In this document: positions 18,064 to 28,372 of the stretch, in pieces
Numbering within the stretch: position 1 is the stretch's first letter
How the letters are laid out: every line of letters starts with the position of its first letter
Source of the DNA: an uncultured Clostridia bacterium
GTDB taxonomy: Bacteria > Bacillota > Clostridia > Christensenellales > UBA1242
DNA length: 51,291 nt
Reading direction: 5' to 3'
Assembly (NCBI GenBank): GCA_937907645.1
Contig: CALCWV010000065.1
Span: 1 to 51,291, forward strand
Position numbers and translations under genes: made by a program
Notes under the pieces: generated by a model
What the model was told of the DNA's origin: nothing
What the model saw: the letters and a program-made list of their open reading frames with translations, nothing else
The model's database searches: none

Positions 18064-18957
18064 ATGAAAATGAAAGACAAAAAGTGGATTAAAATATTGT
18101 TAGCGGTTTTGCTTGGGACAATTACTGTCGTGAGCATTGTTTTGATGTGCGTTTTGAATCTTAAAGACTCATCTCCAGATGAAGTTAAGATAAGCGTTGA
18201 AAACGGGCATGTTACATTTTCTACAACTCAAGCTTCAAAGGGATATGGCTATACATTCAAATTTAAAGAGGGTGGAACGGAATATTACATTAAATCCGAC
18301 CAAAATCTCCTAGAATATGATGAGAGCGTAATTAGTGTTGGGGTAGAAGTCGGGAAGACCTATATGGTTTCTGTAGCAGTTAACGGAGAACTTGAGGGTG
18401 GAAATAGCTTTTATTCAAAAGAAGTGGAATGGAAAGCAGTTAAGTATCTCGCAGCTCCACAGGTGAAGATTGAGAATGGAATACTTACATGGGATAAAAT
18501 TAATGACGCAGAATTTTATGAAATCTGTTATAGCCATAAAGACGAAATACTTAAAGTAAGAACGACGGAAACGACTTACGCATTGGATAAACTAACTGGG
18601 GGATTAAGCGAAATATTTGTTTTTGCTGGTTCGTCTAACGAGAATTATCTCACAAGTATAAGTTCCAATAAGTTAAAAGATGTAACGATTGTGCATGAAA
18701 TTCTTCCTATTATAACAATGAACTTTACAAAATCAACTGCAACTTTGACAATTACAGTACAAGACTTATTTAATTGTTTCAAGCTGTATTTGGGAGAGAA
18801 AGCATATACAATAACACAATTTGAGGTTAGCGGAAGAAGAATAACTTGCAATATCGACTATGTATATAACGGGGAGACAAAAATAGGCGTTAGACCACTT
18901 CCAAGCGATATATATAATAAGTATACGGGAAAAGTAACATATATTGACGTGATTTAG
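18064..18957 (+). CDS. Membrane-anchored hypothetical protein, probably with extracellular beta-sandwich repeats
   Basis: 297 aa with an N-terminal TM helix and repeated ENG.(V/L)T(F/W) segments. Confidence 0.65.
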   Translation: MKMKDKKWIKILLAVLLGTITVVSIVLMCVLNLKDSSPDEVKISVENGHVTFSTTQASKGYGYTFKFKEGGTEYYIKSDQNLLEYDESVISVGVEVGKTYMVSVAVNGELEGGNSFYSKEVEWKAVKYLAAPQVKIENGILTWDKINDAEFYEICYSHKDEILKVRTTETTYALDKLTGGLSEIFVFAGSSNENYLTSISSNKLKDVTIVHEILPIITMNFTKSTATLTITVQDLFNCFKLYLGEKAYTITQFEVSGRRITCNIDYVYNGETKIGVRPLPSDIYNKYTGKVTYIDVI

Positions 18958-18958
18958 T

Positions 18959-18987
18959 GGATAATTAAAAATAAAATAAACATACTA
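18959..18987 (+). promoter_or_regulatory. Possible forespore sigma-G-type promoter of the ger operon
   Basis: GGATA, 17-nt spacer, CATACTA, compared with the sigma-G consensus GHATR..CATXHTA recalled from memory. Confidence 0.35.
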
Positions 18988-19002
18988 CGAAAAAGAGGTA
19001 GT

Positions 19003-20427
19003 ATGTTTTTTGATGTAGAAAAGAAAATTGAAGAGATAAAGAAGAAACTACATAACAGTCAGGACGTAGCTTCTCGCATTTTTGATAAAAATGGTCAAAA
19101 AATAGGGATGATTTTCATAAAAAGTATGACAAATGAAACTCTTTTTAGCGATAACATCTATAAGCCAATCAAGGAATATGAGGGAGAAATTACTGCCGAA
19201 AAATTAGTAAATAGAATTATAATCAACAATGTTGTTGAAGAAATAAAAGAAAAGGATGTTTTATCTAAAGTATTAAACGGCAACGTCGTGATTTTGCTTG
19301 GAAATGAAAATAAATTTGTCAGTGCTGACATAGAAGAGTTTATCATGCGTATGCCGACAGAACCTCCGACATCTCCTGTTATCAGAGGTCCTAGAGAGGG
19401 CTTTACAGAGGATATTAAGACAAATATTACATTACTTAGAAGGCGTTTTTACTCCGAAAAGCTTGTTATGAAGGATTTTACAGTTGGGAGATATTCTCAA
19501 ACAAAAGTCTGTGTCACATATCTTGACGGTGTTGCAAGCAAGGACGTTGTCAGTGAAATAGAGAAAAAGCTGAAAAAGATTGACATAGATGGAGTTATCG
19601 ACGCCTATTACATAGGAAAATATTTAGAACACTATCCAAAATCTTTATTTAAACAGATTGGAAACGCCGAAAAGCCGGATATTGTGGCAGCTAAAATTTT
19701 GGAGGGCAGAGTTGCGATACTTGTAGACGGCTCACCAATTGTTTTGACACTTCCATTTATTTTCTTTGAGGATATGCAAAACAGCAATGACTATTATACA
19801 AGCAACCACTATGCGACTTACATAAGAATAATCCGTTTGTTTGGGTATATTCTTTCAGTTGTGGCATCGGGAGCATATTTGGCGCTTAGGCTTTTTCATT
19901 ACAACGTTATTCCAACAAAGTTTTTGATTACAATTGCGGATACAACGCAGGCGATCCCATTTACGCCCTTTATTGAGATTTTGTTTATAACCTTGCTGTT
20001 TCAAATTTTGTACGAGGTCAGTTTGCGTCTTCCAAGCTACTTAGGTCTTGCAACATCTATTGTGGGGGCTCTAATTTTAGGAGATACCGGTGTTAATGCT
20101 GGCCTTATCTCACCTCCGGGAGTTATTGTGATAGCACTGTCAAAAATTGCAGTCTACACATTGCCCGAGCAGGCACCTCAAATTACAATTTTGCAGGTTC
20201 TTTTCATTTTTCTAGGTGGATGTTTTGGACTATATGGCGTTGTTGCGGGAATTTTCTATCTTGTAAACTATTTAAACAGAATAGATTCCTATGGTGCTCC
20301 ATATCTTGCTCCATATAGCCCAAGAGTAGAGGCGGATTTAAAAGATGCAATGATAAAAAAATCACTTGTAGAAATGAAACATCGACCGATGTCGTTTGAT
20401 ATTAAAAATAAGACGAGGCAGAAATGA
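19003..20427 (+). CDS. Spore germination protein, GerA/GerKA (A subunit) family
   Basis: 474 aa with the GerA-family soluble N-terminal domain and C-terminal TM helices. It is the first gene of an A-B-C operon with ATGA start/stop overlaps. Confidence 0.85.
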   Translation: MFFDVEKKIEEIKKKLHNSQDVASRIFDKNGQKIGMIFIKSMTNETLFSDNIYKPIKEYEGEITAEKLVNRIIINNVVEEIKEKDVLSKVLNGNVVILLGNENKFVSADIEEFIMRMPTEPPTSPVIRGPREGFTEDIKTNITLLRRRFYSEKLVMKDFTVGRYSQTKVCVTYLDGVASKDVVSEIEKKLKKIDIDGVIDAYYIGKYLEHYPKSLFKQIGNAEKPDIVAAKILEGRVAILVDGSPIVLTLPFIFFEDMQNSNDYYTSNHYATYIRIIRLFGYILSVVASGAYLALRLFHYNVIPTKFLITIADTTQAIPFTPFIEILFITLLFQILYEVSLRLPSYLGLATSIVGALILGDTGVNAGLISPPGVIVIALSKIAVYTLPEQAPQITILQVLFIFLGGCFGLYGVVAGIFYLVNYLNRIDSYGAPYLAPYSPRVEADLKDAMIKKSLVEMKHRPMSFDIKNKTRQK

Positions 20428-21506
20428 AAGATTGTATAACTACTAGACAAACAGCAATTATTGCGAGTATTGTAATTTTTGCAAATAAAATACTGGCTCT
20501 TCCTTCCTTGCTTTTTCAATATGCTAGGGGGGATGCTTTATTAGTTTTTCTTACGATGTTCTGCCTCGATATAGCAGTACTTTTCATCTTTTTTGCGCTT
20601 AAAAATAGATATAGAAATGAAAGTTTTTTTGAAATTCTTTCACATAAGCTCACAAAGCCGATTGCAATTTTGATATACATCGTGCTTTTAGTCTATTTCT
20701 TCTTAGAACTTTTGCTAAATTTTAATGTCACTGGTGTGTATTTTAAAAATCAGATTTATCATAACGATGAAAAACTTATTTTTATGGTTATCAGTATTTC
20801 AATTTTTGCAATCGTTATTTCTGGAGGATTTAAAGGACTTGCAAGGACATTTGAATTTTTCTATTATCCAATTATTTTAGGATGCCTCATTTGTCTTCTT
20901 ATTTCCTTCTTTAATTTCAATGAACCACTCATTCTTTTTGATACAAGTTTTCACAACTATTTCACAGCGTGTTACAAGTATTTGTTCTCGTTTGGAGACA
21001 TCTTAATTTTGTTTTTAATCATGGATAAAATCAAGTACGATGACAAGTCAAAAAAAACAATTTTGCTTTATGTTTTATCGACCATGGGAATAATACTTTT
21101 TGGAACATTCATATTTCTTTCGCTGTTCCCAAACACAGGATTTTTGCATTCAAATTCTATTTCAGATATTATTCTTCTTTCGCCAGAAATTTTTAGCATC
21201 GGAAGACTAGATATTATAGCTGTTACAACGGTCATGTTTTTGACGTTATGTCAAGGTTGTATTTATGGGTATATGCTTTGCGATTTGGTTAAAAAATTAA
21301 TCCCAAAGGCACCACTTAAACTTAGTATATTTATTGTTAGTGTAGTCTTTTTAACTCTCTATGCAACTGTCTTTAAAACTATTGATATAGTAATTTTTTC
21401 CGCTACTACTTGGGGGATATACATGGCGCTATTTTTACAATATATTCTTCCTATAATTTGCACGATTTTCTTAATTGGAAAACGTAAAAAGGAGGAGAGT
21501 TCATGA
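20424..21506 (+). CDS. Spore germination protein, GerAB-type permease (B subunit, APC superfamily)
   Basis: 360 aa, polytopic membrane protein, translationally coupled to its neighbours. Confidence 0.8.
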   Translation: MKDCITTRQTAIIASIVIFANKILALPSLLFQYARGDALLVFLTMFCLDIAVLFIFFALKNRYRNESFFEILSHKLTKPIAILIYIVLLVYFFLELLLNFNVTGVYFKNQIYHNDEKLIFMVISISIFAIVISGGFKGLARTFEFFYYPIILGCLICLLISFFNFNEPLILFDTSFHNYFTACYKYLFSFGDILILFLIMDKIKYDDKSKKTILLYVLSTMGIILFGTFIFLSLFPNTGFLHSNSISDIILLSPEIFSIGRLDIIAVTTVMFLTLCQGCIYGYMLCDLVKKLIPKAPLKLSIFIVSVVFLTLYATVFKTIDIVIFSATTWGIYMALFLQYILPIICTIFLIGKRKKEESS

Positions 21507-22684
21507 AAAGATTTTTATCAAAAATCAAGCCATATTCCGTGTTTTTGTTATTTTTCATTGCAGTTTTAATGTTCTTTCCAGAGAATTTATCTAAGTCTGC
21601 AGAGAGCGACAGAAATGCAATCATAACAACAGTTGGCGTTGATAAAGTTGATGATAAATTTTCTGTTACGTTCCTATCTTTTACCCCCACCGCAAGCAAG
21701 GAGTTTGTTGAGGTCTATGACGTTGTTAGCGAGGAAGCAGATAGTCTCAGCGAGGCACTTAGAAAAATGGAATTGAGCCTTGGAAAAGTTGTTGAATTTT
21801 ATCACACAGAAAACCTTCTAATAGGCAGCGAAGCGCAGGATGATATTGTTGAAATTTTAGACTATTTTGTGAAGGAAAAAACTCTTGCTTTTAGCTCCGT
21901 TCTTGTGGGCACAGAAGGGAGTGCAAAAGAGTTTTTAACAAAGGTTCACGAGAAGAACGAAAATCCAAGCAATGTTATTACTGAGCTAATGATTTACGAT
22001 TCAAAATATATCTATTTTAACAAGCCTACAATCGAGGTGTTTTTCAGCGGATATTATAGCGATATGAAAAGCTCGTTCATTGGAACATTACAGCTTAATG
22101 AAGAGGAGGCTTCGCAGGAAAATCAGCAGGGTGGCGGAGACTCCGAAAGCGAGTCTAAAACGAGCAGAAAGATTATTAAAAACACAGGTGAAATTAGACT
22201 GTTTAAAGATGGCCAAATGGTGTATAAGATGACACCTCAAGAAGTAACTGGGTTAAACTGGTTTCAAAAAAATATCACAGAGGGATATATTAAAACACAG
22301 CAAGATGGAAAAGTCAAAGTCTATCATATGGACAACAAGAGTATCAATCAAAAAGTGACAATGGAAGATAATCAGCCAATATATAAGCTGAATTTAGTAG
22401 TCAATATCGACAAGCAGGAATTGGATGACGGAAAAGAAAAACACATTGAAGTAAATAAACTTTCAAATGAGGAAAAAGAGTTAATCAAAGAAAGTATTAA
22501 AAGCGAAATAAAAAGCTCGATTGATAGGATAGTTGAATATAAAGTTGACGTGATAGATTTATACGACAAATTTTACAGAGATGAGCGTAGAAAATTCAAA
22601 AAGTTTTTAGATACGCTTCAAAATAAGGACGATTTTTTGGAAAAAGTGATTTTTGATATACAAATCGACTTATTAGGCGACTAA
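21503..22684 (+). CDS. Ger(x)C-family germination protein (C subunit)
   Basis: 393 aa with an N-terminal hydrophobic segment followed by AIITTVGVDK. Its position is third in the ger operon. There is no lipobox cysteine. Confidence 0.75.
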   Translation: MKRFLSKIKPYSVFLLFFIAVLMFFPENLSKSAESDRNAIITTVGVDKVDDKFSVTFLSFTPTASKEFVEVYDVVSEEADSLSEALRKMELSLGKVVEFYHTENLLIGSEAQDDIVEILDYFVKEKTLAFSSVLVGTEGSAKEFLTKVHEKNENPSNVITELMIYDSKYIYFNKPTIEVFFSGYYSDMKSSFIGTLQLNEEEASQENQQGGGDSESESKTSRKIIKNTGEIRLFKDGQMVYKMTPQEVTGLNWFQKNITEGYIKTQQDGKVKVYHMDNKSINQKVTMEDNQPIYKLNLVVNIDKQELDDGKEKHIEVNKLSNEEKELIKESIKSEIKSSIDRIVEYKVDVIDLYDKFYRDERRKFKKFLDTLQNKDDFLEKVIFDIQIDLLGD

Positions 22685-22712
22685 AAAACACAAAAATATA
22701 CCTCTTAATTTG

Positions 22713-22741
22713 TTGCAAGTATTTTTAAATTGTGATAAAAT
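22713..22741 (+). promoter_or_regulatory. Putative promoter of ftsH
   Basis: TTGCAA, 17-nt spacer ending in TGA, TAAAAT. Confidence 0.55.
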
Positions 22742-22840
22742 AACGATGTATTAAGACTTATTATATACATATATTTTCTATTTTGAACTCATAGAATAAA
22801 ATATTGAAGTATAATAAAACAGATTTAGGAGGTTATTGTT

Positions 22841-25060
22841 TTGGAAGAGAACAAAAATAAATTTAAGTTTTCGTACATCATTGTGCTTGTACTTGCTATC
22901 TTGCTTATTTGCCTACTTTTCGTGGATACTACAAGCCCAGGAATGCGAATTGACAAGAGCGATTTCTCAGCGTTAGTTGCTGGAACTTATGATAATCCAA
23001 ATACAGAAGAGGTTGAAACTCAAAAGGCCGTGAAAGTTTATTTCAAAAATGGATATGCATATGTTTTAATTGAAGACTCAAAGAATGAAAAGAAATTCCC
23101 AAATGTTTCAGATTATTACTTTGAATACACAACAGCAGAAGAACTTATCGCTTTGGAAAATCAACTTGAAGAAGCAAACATCTCATATGACGTTGCAAAT
23201 GTAAGAACATCTTGGGTGAGAGAATATCTCCCAATGATTATCTTCACACTAATTACTTTCGCTGCGTTGTACTTCATGATTAGAGCAATGGCTGGCGGAA
23301 ATAAGAGTGCAATGTCATTCGGAAAGAGCAAAGGAAGATTGACAAATGCCACAAAAGTTAAGTTTGATGATATTGCTGGAGCTGACGAAGAAAAAGCTGA
23401 ATTACAAGAAATTGTTGAATTTTTGAAGAATCCAAAGAAATTCACTGCTTTGGGAGCAAGAATCCCTAAGGGAGTTTTACTTGTAGGCCAACCAGGAACA
23501 GGAAAGACATTGCTTGCAAAAGCTGTAGCCGGCGAAAGCAACGTTCCATTTATCTCAATCAGCGGATCAGACTTCGTTGAAATGTTCGTCGGAGTTGGTG
23601 CTTCAAGAGTAAGAGATTTATTTGAACAAGCAAAGAAGAGCAAGCCATGTATTGTATTTATCGACGAAATCGACGCAGTTGGTCGTCAAAGAGGTGCTGG
23701 GCTTGGCGGAGGAAATGACGAGAGAGAGCAAACTCTTAATCAATTGCTTGTAGAAATGGACGGATTTGAACCTAACGAGGGAATAATCGTGCTCGCAGCA
23801 ACAAATAGAAGTGACGTTTTAGACCCAGCTCTTCTTAGACCAGGCAGATTCGACAGACAAATCTATGTTCATGTTCCAGATGTCAAGGGAAGAGAAGGAA
23901 TTTTGAGGATTCACGCTAGGAACAAGCCTTTGGATGAAAGCGTAGACTTTAAGACACTTGCAAGACTTACAACAGGATTTACAGGTGCAGATATTGAAAA
24001 TATGCTTAATGAATCAGCAATCTTAGCAGCACGTGAGGGAAGACCAAAGATTACTATGACCGATATTACAGAAGGAATCAACAAAGTAATCATGGGACCT
24101 CAAAAGAAGAGTAGACTTGTTACTCCAGCTGAGAGAAAACTGACTGCTTATCACGAATCAGGACATGCAATCCTTGGAAAAATGCTTGAAAACTGCGAAG
24201 AAGTTCAAGAAGTTTCAATTATTCCAAGAGGAAGCGCTGGTGGATACACATTATCTCGTCCAGAAAACGACAACAACTATGTAACATATGGCAAATTGAT
24301 GGATGAAATTGCAATGTGCATGGGTGGAAGAATCGCTGAAGAGCTTATCTTGAAAGATATAACAACAGGGGCTTCAAGTGATATCCAACATGCAACAAGC
24401 ATGGCTCACAAAATGGTGTTTGATTGGGGAATGAGCCAAAAACTTGGATTTATTTCTCTAGATAGTGACAGCCAAGTCTTCATTGGAAGAGATTATCAAA
24501 CAAGAAATGCTTTCTCAGAAAGAATCATTGCAGATGCAGACCAAGAAGTTCGTTCAATCCTTGCTCAAAACTACAAGAGAGCAAAGGCAATTTTACAGGA
24601 CAATATGAAATTGTTACACGAAATGGCTGGATTGCTTCTTGAAAGAGAGACAATTTACAAAGAAGAGATTGATATGCTTATTGCTGGAAAGTCTAAAGAT
24701 GAGATAATCGCATATCTAACTGAAAAAGAAAAGACTCAAAAAGAGAAAGAGGCAAAAGCTATTGAGGAAAACAAGCAAAAAGAAGAACTTTTCGCCTTAA
24801 GAAATAAGGTCCTTGAAGGACAAAGACTCCTTGATGCAAAGATTATCACTAAGGAAGAATATGAGCTCCTTATCAATGAATTAAACCTCAAAGAAAAAGA
24901 AATTATGGCAAGAAACAAAGTTAAAACGGAAACAAAAGCAGACGAAAAGCAAGTAGCTGAGGTTAAGGAAGAGAAAAAAGAAGAGCAAAAAACTAAGAGA
25001 GTGAGAAAACCAAAAGAAAAGAAAGAAGGAGAGGATGCAAATGACGGAAAAAATAATTGA
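22841..25060 (+). CDS. ftsH: ATP-dependent zinc metalloprotease FtsH with a long K/E-rich C-terminal extension
   Basis: Walker A GQPGTGKT, second region of homology, and HESGHA zinc motif. TTG start 8 nt after GGAGG. Confidence 0.93.
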   Translation: MEENKNKFKFSYIIVLVLAILLICLLFVDTTSPGMRIDKSDFSALVAGTYDNPNTEEVETQKAVKVYFKNGYAYVLIEDSKNEKKFPNVSDYYFEYTTAEELIALENQLEEANISYDVANVRTSWVREYLPMIIFTLITFAALYFMIRAMAGGNKSAMSFGKSKGRLTNATKVKFDDIAGADEEKAELQEIVEFLKNPKKFTALGARIPKGVLLVGQPGTGKTLLAKAVAGESNVPFISISGSDFVEMFVGVGASRVRDLFEQAKKSKPCIVFIDEIDAVGRQRGAGLGGGNDEREQTLNQLLVEMDGFEPNEGIIVLAATNRSDVLDPALLRPGRFDRQIYVHVPDVKGREGILRIHARNKPLDESVDFKTLARLTTGFTGADIENMLNESAILAAREGRPKITMTDITEGINKVIMGPQKKSRLVTPAERKLTAYHESGHAILGKMLENCEEVQEVSIIPRGSAGGYTLSRPENDNNYVTYGKLMDEIAMCMGGRIAEELILKDITTGASSDIQHATSMAHKMVFDWGMSQKLGFISLDSDSQVFIGRDYQTRNAFSERIIADADQEVRSILAQNYKRAKAILQDNMKLLHEMAGLLLERETIYKEEIDMLIAGKSKDEIIAYLTEKEKTQKEKEAKAIEENKQKEELFALRNKVLEGQRLLDAKIITKEEYELLINELNLKEKEIMARNKVKTETKADEKQVAEVKEEKKEEQKTKRVRKPKEKKEGEDANDGKNN

Positions 25061-25667
25061 AAAAACATACGCTGAACAAATTGCAGAGAAGAATAAGAGA
25101 AAAAAGATAATTATTTCTTCCATTTCTCTTGGAATTGTATTCTTAATTGCTTTGGCAATTATACTCATGGCGTGTATTACTGTTGATTTAAGACCAACAG
25201 TTGTAAACAATCCAACAAGTTTCTACTTTAACAGTTCATCATCAATTCAATATGAAAAAAATGATGAAGAATATGGTCAGTTCATGAGTGAGTTTGACAA
25301 TGCATTTAAAGTATCAGTTTTGACTGGATTATTCTCAAACAACTTGCAAGACTATGAAATTATTGAGGACAAAAGTGTAACAAGTTTGCCTTCAGAAGTT
25401 ACTTCTGGAAACTATGTAACATTCCTTTTCAAAGAGAATCCTGTTACATTAGTTAAAAAGGACGGAAAGACATATTACTCAATTTATAACTCAAACAATT
25501 CAATTAATTTTACTCAAGTAACATTTGCTCTTTCAAGCGAAAATAAAATACAGGACATGTCTATGTATCTAAGATACACAGAAGGTTCAAGAAATTATTA
25601 CGCACAAGTAAAATTAAAGGGAAATACCTACAAATTGAACGAGTTTTACACAAACTTAGATAAGTAA
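25035..25667 (+). CDS. Membrane-anchored hypothetical protein
   Basis: 210 aa, overlapping the ftsH 3' end. An alternative ATG at 25041 is better spaced from the GGAGAGG RBS. Confidence 0.6.
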   Translation: MQMTEKIIEKTYAEQIAEKNKRKKIIISSISLGIVFLIALAIILMACITVDLRPTVVNNPTSFYFNSSSSIQYEKNDEEYGQFMSEFDNAFKVSVLTGLFSNNLQDYEIIEDKSVTSLPSEVTSGNYVTFLFKENPVTLVKKDGKTYYSIYNSNNSINFTQVTFALSSENKIQDMSMYLRYTEGSRNYYAQVKLKGNTYKLNEFYTNLDK

Positions 25668-25675
25668 ATTGAACG

Positions 25676-25708
25676 AAAAAAAATAACGGAAATCCCGTTA
25701 TTTTTTTT
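25676..25708. terminator. Bidirectional terminator between convergent genes
   Basis: TAACGG/CCGTTA stem flanked by an A-run and a T-run. Confidence 0.75.
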
Positions 25709-25720
25709 GTTTTTTATTCT

Positions 25721-28210
25721 TTATTTTTTGTTTTCTAAATCCTCAGTTTTTTCTACTTCTTCTTTTAAGCTACCTTGAACATCTTCTGTTTCTGTTTTAG
25801 AGCTTTCTTGCAAGGCTTTTGTCTCGACAGCTTTGACTTTTTCTTTATTTTTTCTTATAAGGAAGAGAATAAGTTCATAGAGAACTATCACAACAATTAC
25901 GCCAGCTAGAATCGAGCCGAATGTAATCCAAACTAGGGGATCAAATACGCTCATTTGAGAAATTGTTGCAACGCCGAACATTTCAGGGAGCAATAGAATT
26001 GATCCGCAGATTAGTCCGCCGGATAATGCTACGATTATGCCTCTGTACCATGTCATTGGGATGCAGAGCCAAATTAAATTTAAGAAAGCAACGAAAGTAA
26101 TTGTGAATACTTGGAGCGTTTCAGCCTCAATCATAGTTGTAGACGAAAGCGCGAACATTGAGATTAAGACACCAATGAACATCACAGCCATTCGAGGAAT
26201 GGACTTTTTGAGAACTTGCGGAATGAAATTTCCTTGAATAAGCTTCGTGTTCGGTTCAAATGTTAGCAGGAATGATGGAATTCCAATTACAAATAATTCA
26301 ACTAGGAATAGGTTCTTTGGTTGGAATGGATAGCTTCTATTGAGTATGAGTGTAGCCACACAAAGAAGGATTGTAAATAGAGTCTTCATAAGGAAGAGTG
26401 TAGAAGATTTCTGCACGTTGTTGATAACTTGTCTGCCTTCCTTAACAACGGCTGGAAGTGAGGCAAAATTTGAGTCCAAAAGTACAAGCTTTGATATGTT
26501 TCTAGCTACTTCGCTTCCTTCAGCCATAGCGATAGAGCAGTCTGCTTCTTTCAATGCTAGTGTGTCATTAACACCGTCGCCGGTCATGGCAACTACGTGT
26601 CCACGTTTTTTCAAAGTCTTAACTAAAACATATTTTTGTTCAGGTGAAACTCTTCCAAAAACTGTGTATTTTTCAGCTAATTTTTCAACATCTTCAAGAC
26701 TTACATCCTCGAGAGAAATATACTTATCGTAGCCTTCAACGTCCACTCTTTGAGCAATTTTCGATACAGTTAGTGGATCGTCTCCGGAGATAATTTTAAT
26801 TGCAACGTTGTTTTTCTTGAACCAGTCGATTGTGCCCTTTGCCTCTTCGCGGATGTGGTCTTCGATTACTATAAAGGCAAGAAGTTCTTCCGATTTTGGC
26901 CCGTCTTTCTCATTGTATTTGCTTGATGATTCGGTAACTGCAAGCACGCGATATCCGTCTTGCATTTTTTGATTAAGAATCTCTTTTTGCTCCTTGCTCA
27001 TTTTTGCATTGACGAAAGTTGGAGCTCCAAGATAATAGGTTTTTCCATTTGTAAAGCTCGTTACAGAGAACTTTCTAGCAGATGAGAACTCTACAACATT
27101 GTCAACCTTTAAATTTTGTGCTGTTGCAAACTGTTTTATGAGAGCAGCAGAGGTTAAATTTGAGGAATTTTGTGCTGAATTTATATTTGCGATAATGTTT
27201 GAAACTTCTTCATCGCTCTTCTTAGAAAGGTTTATAAATTCATTGACATTCATTGTTCCGTCAGTAATTGTCCCAGTCTTGTCCAAACATAAAACATCTG
27301 TTCTTGCCAGCATTTCAATTGAATAGATATCCTTGACAAGGGTTTTCTTTTTGGCAAGCTTGACAACTCCGACAGATAGTGCAATAGTGATAAGAAGGAA
27401 CATTCCAGCAGGGATCATTCCTGTGATAGCTCCGCTAGTTTGTGTTACAACAGTTGTGACGTCGTAGCTCGCAAACCACTCTTTGACAGCTGTTGCGACT
27501 CCAAGTGGAATCATTGCAATTCCGATGTATTTTATTAGCTTGTTTAAGTCCTTGAAAAGGTTAGATTTTGGTGCTTTAAATTGCTTTGCTTTTGAAGCGA
27601 GTGTTTGGATGTAGTTATCTTTTCCAACCTTGTCCACACGAGCATAGCATTTTCCTGAAATAAGGAAGCTTCCTGAAAATAGGTTTGCGTTTTTGCTCTT
27701 TTTTACGGGAACAGACTCTCCTGTGAGCAAACTTTCATTTACTTCAACATTTCCTTTCAAAATAATACAGTCAGCTGGGATTTGATCCCCATTTTCTAAA
27801 ATCAAAATGTCGTCCAAAACAATGTCATCTGGAGTAGTGCATATTTGCTCTGAATTTCTTATTATTTTAACAGTTTGAGCTGTCTCCATGGATAGCTTTT
27901 CAACTGTTCGTTTAGCTTTAATTTCCTGAACAATAGCGATTGTTGTATTGAGAACAATGACGATTAAGAATAGTAAGTTTTGATAAGCTTTCACACATAG
28001 AAGAGCGATGGCAATCACAGCCCAAATAAGGTTAAAATATGTGAAAATATTTTTTGCAAAAATTGAAAGATACGTCTTTGAGGATTTTATCTTTGAATTG
28101 TTCGTCAATTGATGTTCTTTTCTTTCGTTTACTTGCTCATTCGATAATCCTTGCTCAGCTTCGGGGGAATATCGCACAATTTCAACGGTAATATTCTTTT
28201 TCCTAGTCAT
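25721..28210 (-). CDS. Cation-translocating P-type ATPase (P2-like, Ca2+/Mg2+ class)
   Basis: DKTGTITDG phosphorylation motif, TGES actuator motif, and GDGVNDTLALKEAD hinge. 829 aa. GGAG RBS. Confidence 0.9.
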   Translation of the reverse strand: MTRKKNITVEIVRYSPEAEQGLSNEQVNERKEHQLTNNSKIKSSKTYLSIFAKNIFTYFNLIWAVIAIALLCVKAYQNLLFLIVIVLNTTIAIVQEIKAKRTVEKLSMETAQTVKIIRNSEQICTTPDDIVLDDILILENGDQIPADCIILKGNVEVNESLLTGESVPVKKSKNANLFSGSFLISGKCYARVDKVGKDNYIQTLASKAKQFKAPKSNLFKDLNKLIKYIGIAMIPLGVATAVKEWFASYDVTTVVTQTSGAITGMIPAGMFLLITIALSVGVVKLAKKKTLVKDIYSIEMLARTDVLCLDKTGTITDGTMNVNEFINLSKKSDEEVSNIIANINSAQNSSNLTSAALIKQFATAQNLKVDNVVEFSSARKFSVTSFTNGKTYYLGAPTFVNAKMSKEQKEILNQKMQDGYRVLAVTESSSKYNEKDGPKSEELLAFIVIEDHIREEAKGTIDWFKKNNVAIKIISGDDPLTVSKIAQRVDVEGYDKYISLEDVSLEDVEKLAEKYTVFGRVSPEQKYVLVKTLKKRGHVVAMTGDGVNDTLALKEADCSIAMAEGSEVARNISKLVLLDSNFASLPAVVKEGRQVINNVQKSSTLFLMKTLFTILLCVATLILNRSYPFQPKNLFLVELFVIGIPSFLLTFEPNTKLIQGNFIPQVLKKSIPRMAVMFIGVLISMFALSSTTMIEAETLQVFTITFVAFLNLIWLCIPMTWYRGIIVALSGGLICGSILLLPEMFGVATISQMSVFDPLVWITFGSILAGVIVVIVLYELILFLIRKNKEKVKAVETKALQESSKTETEDVQGSLKEEVEKTEDLENKK

Positions 28211-28337
28211 TTTTTCTCCAAAATTTCGATTTAACTCGTCTTTGTAATTATAGAATAAATGGACATTATTGTCAAATAAATAATATTACATATTAAATAA
28301 AAAATATTATATAAAATCAAAATTAATAAATAAAAAG

Positions 28338-28366
28338 TTGACAACGAAAGCAAAATAGTCTATGCT
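28338..28366 (+). promoter_or_regulatory. Promoter of cca, predicting a leaderless mRNA
   Basis: TTGACA, 17-nt spacer, TATGCT (28361-28366). The ATG A at 28373 is exactly 7 nt after the -10 box and there is no SD. Confidence 0.55.
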
Positions 28367-28372
28367 ATAAAC

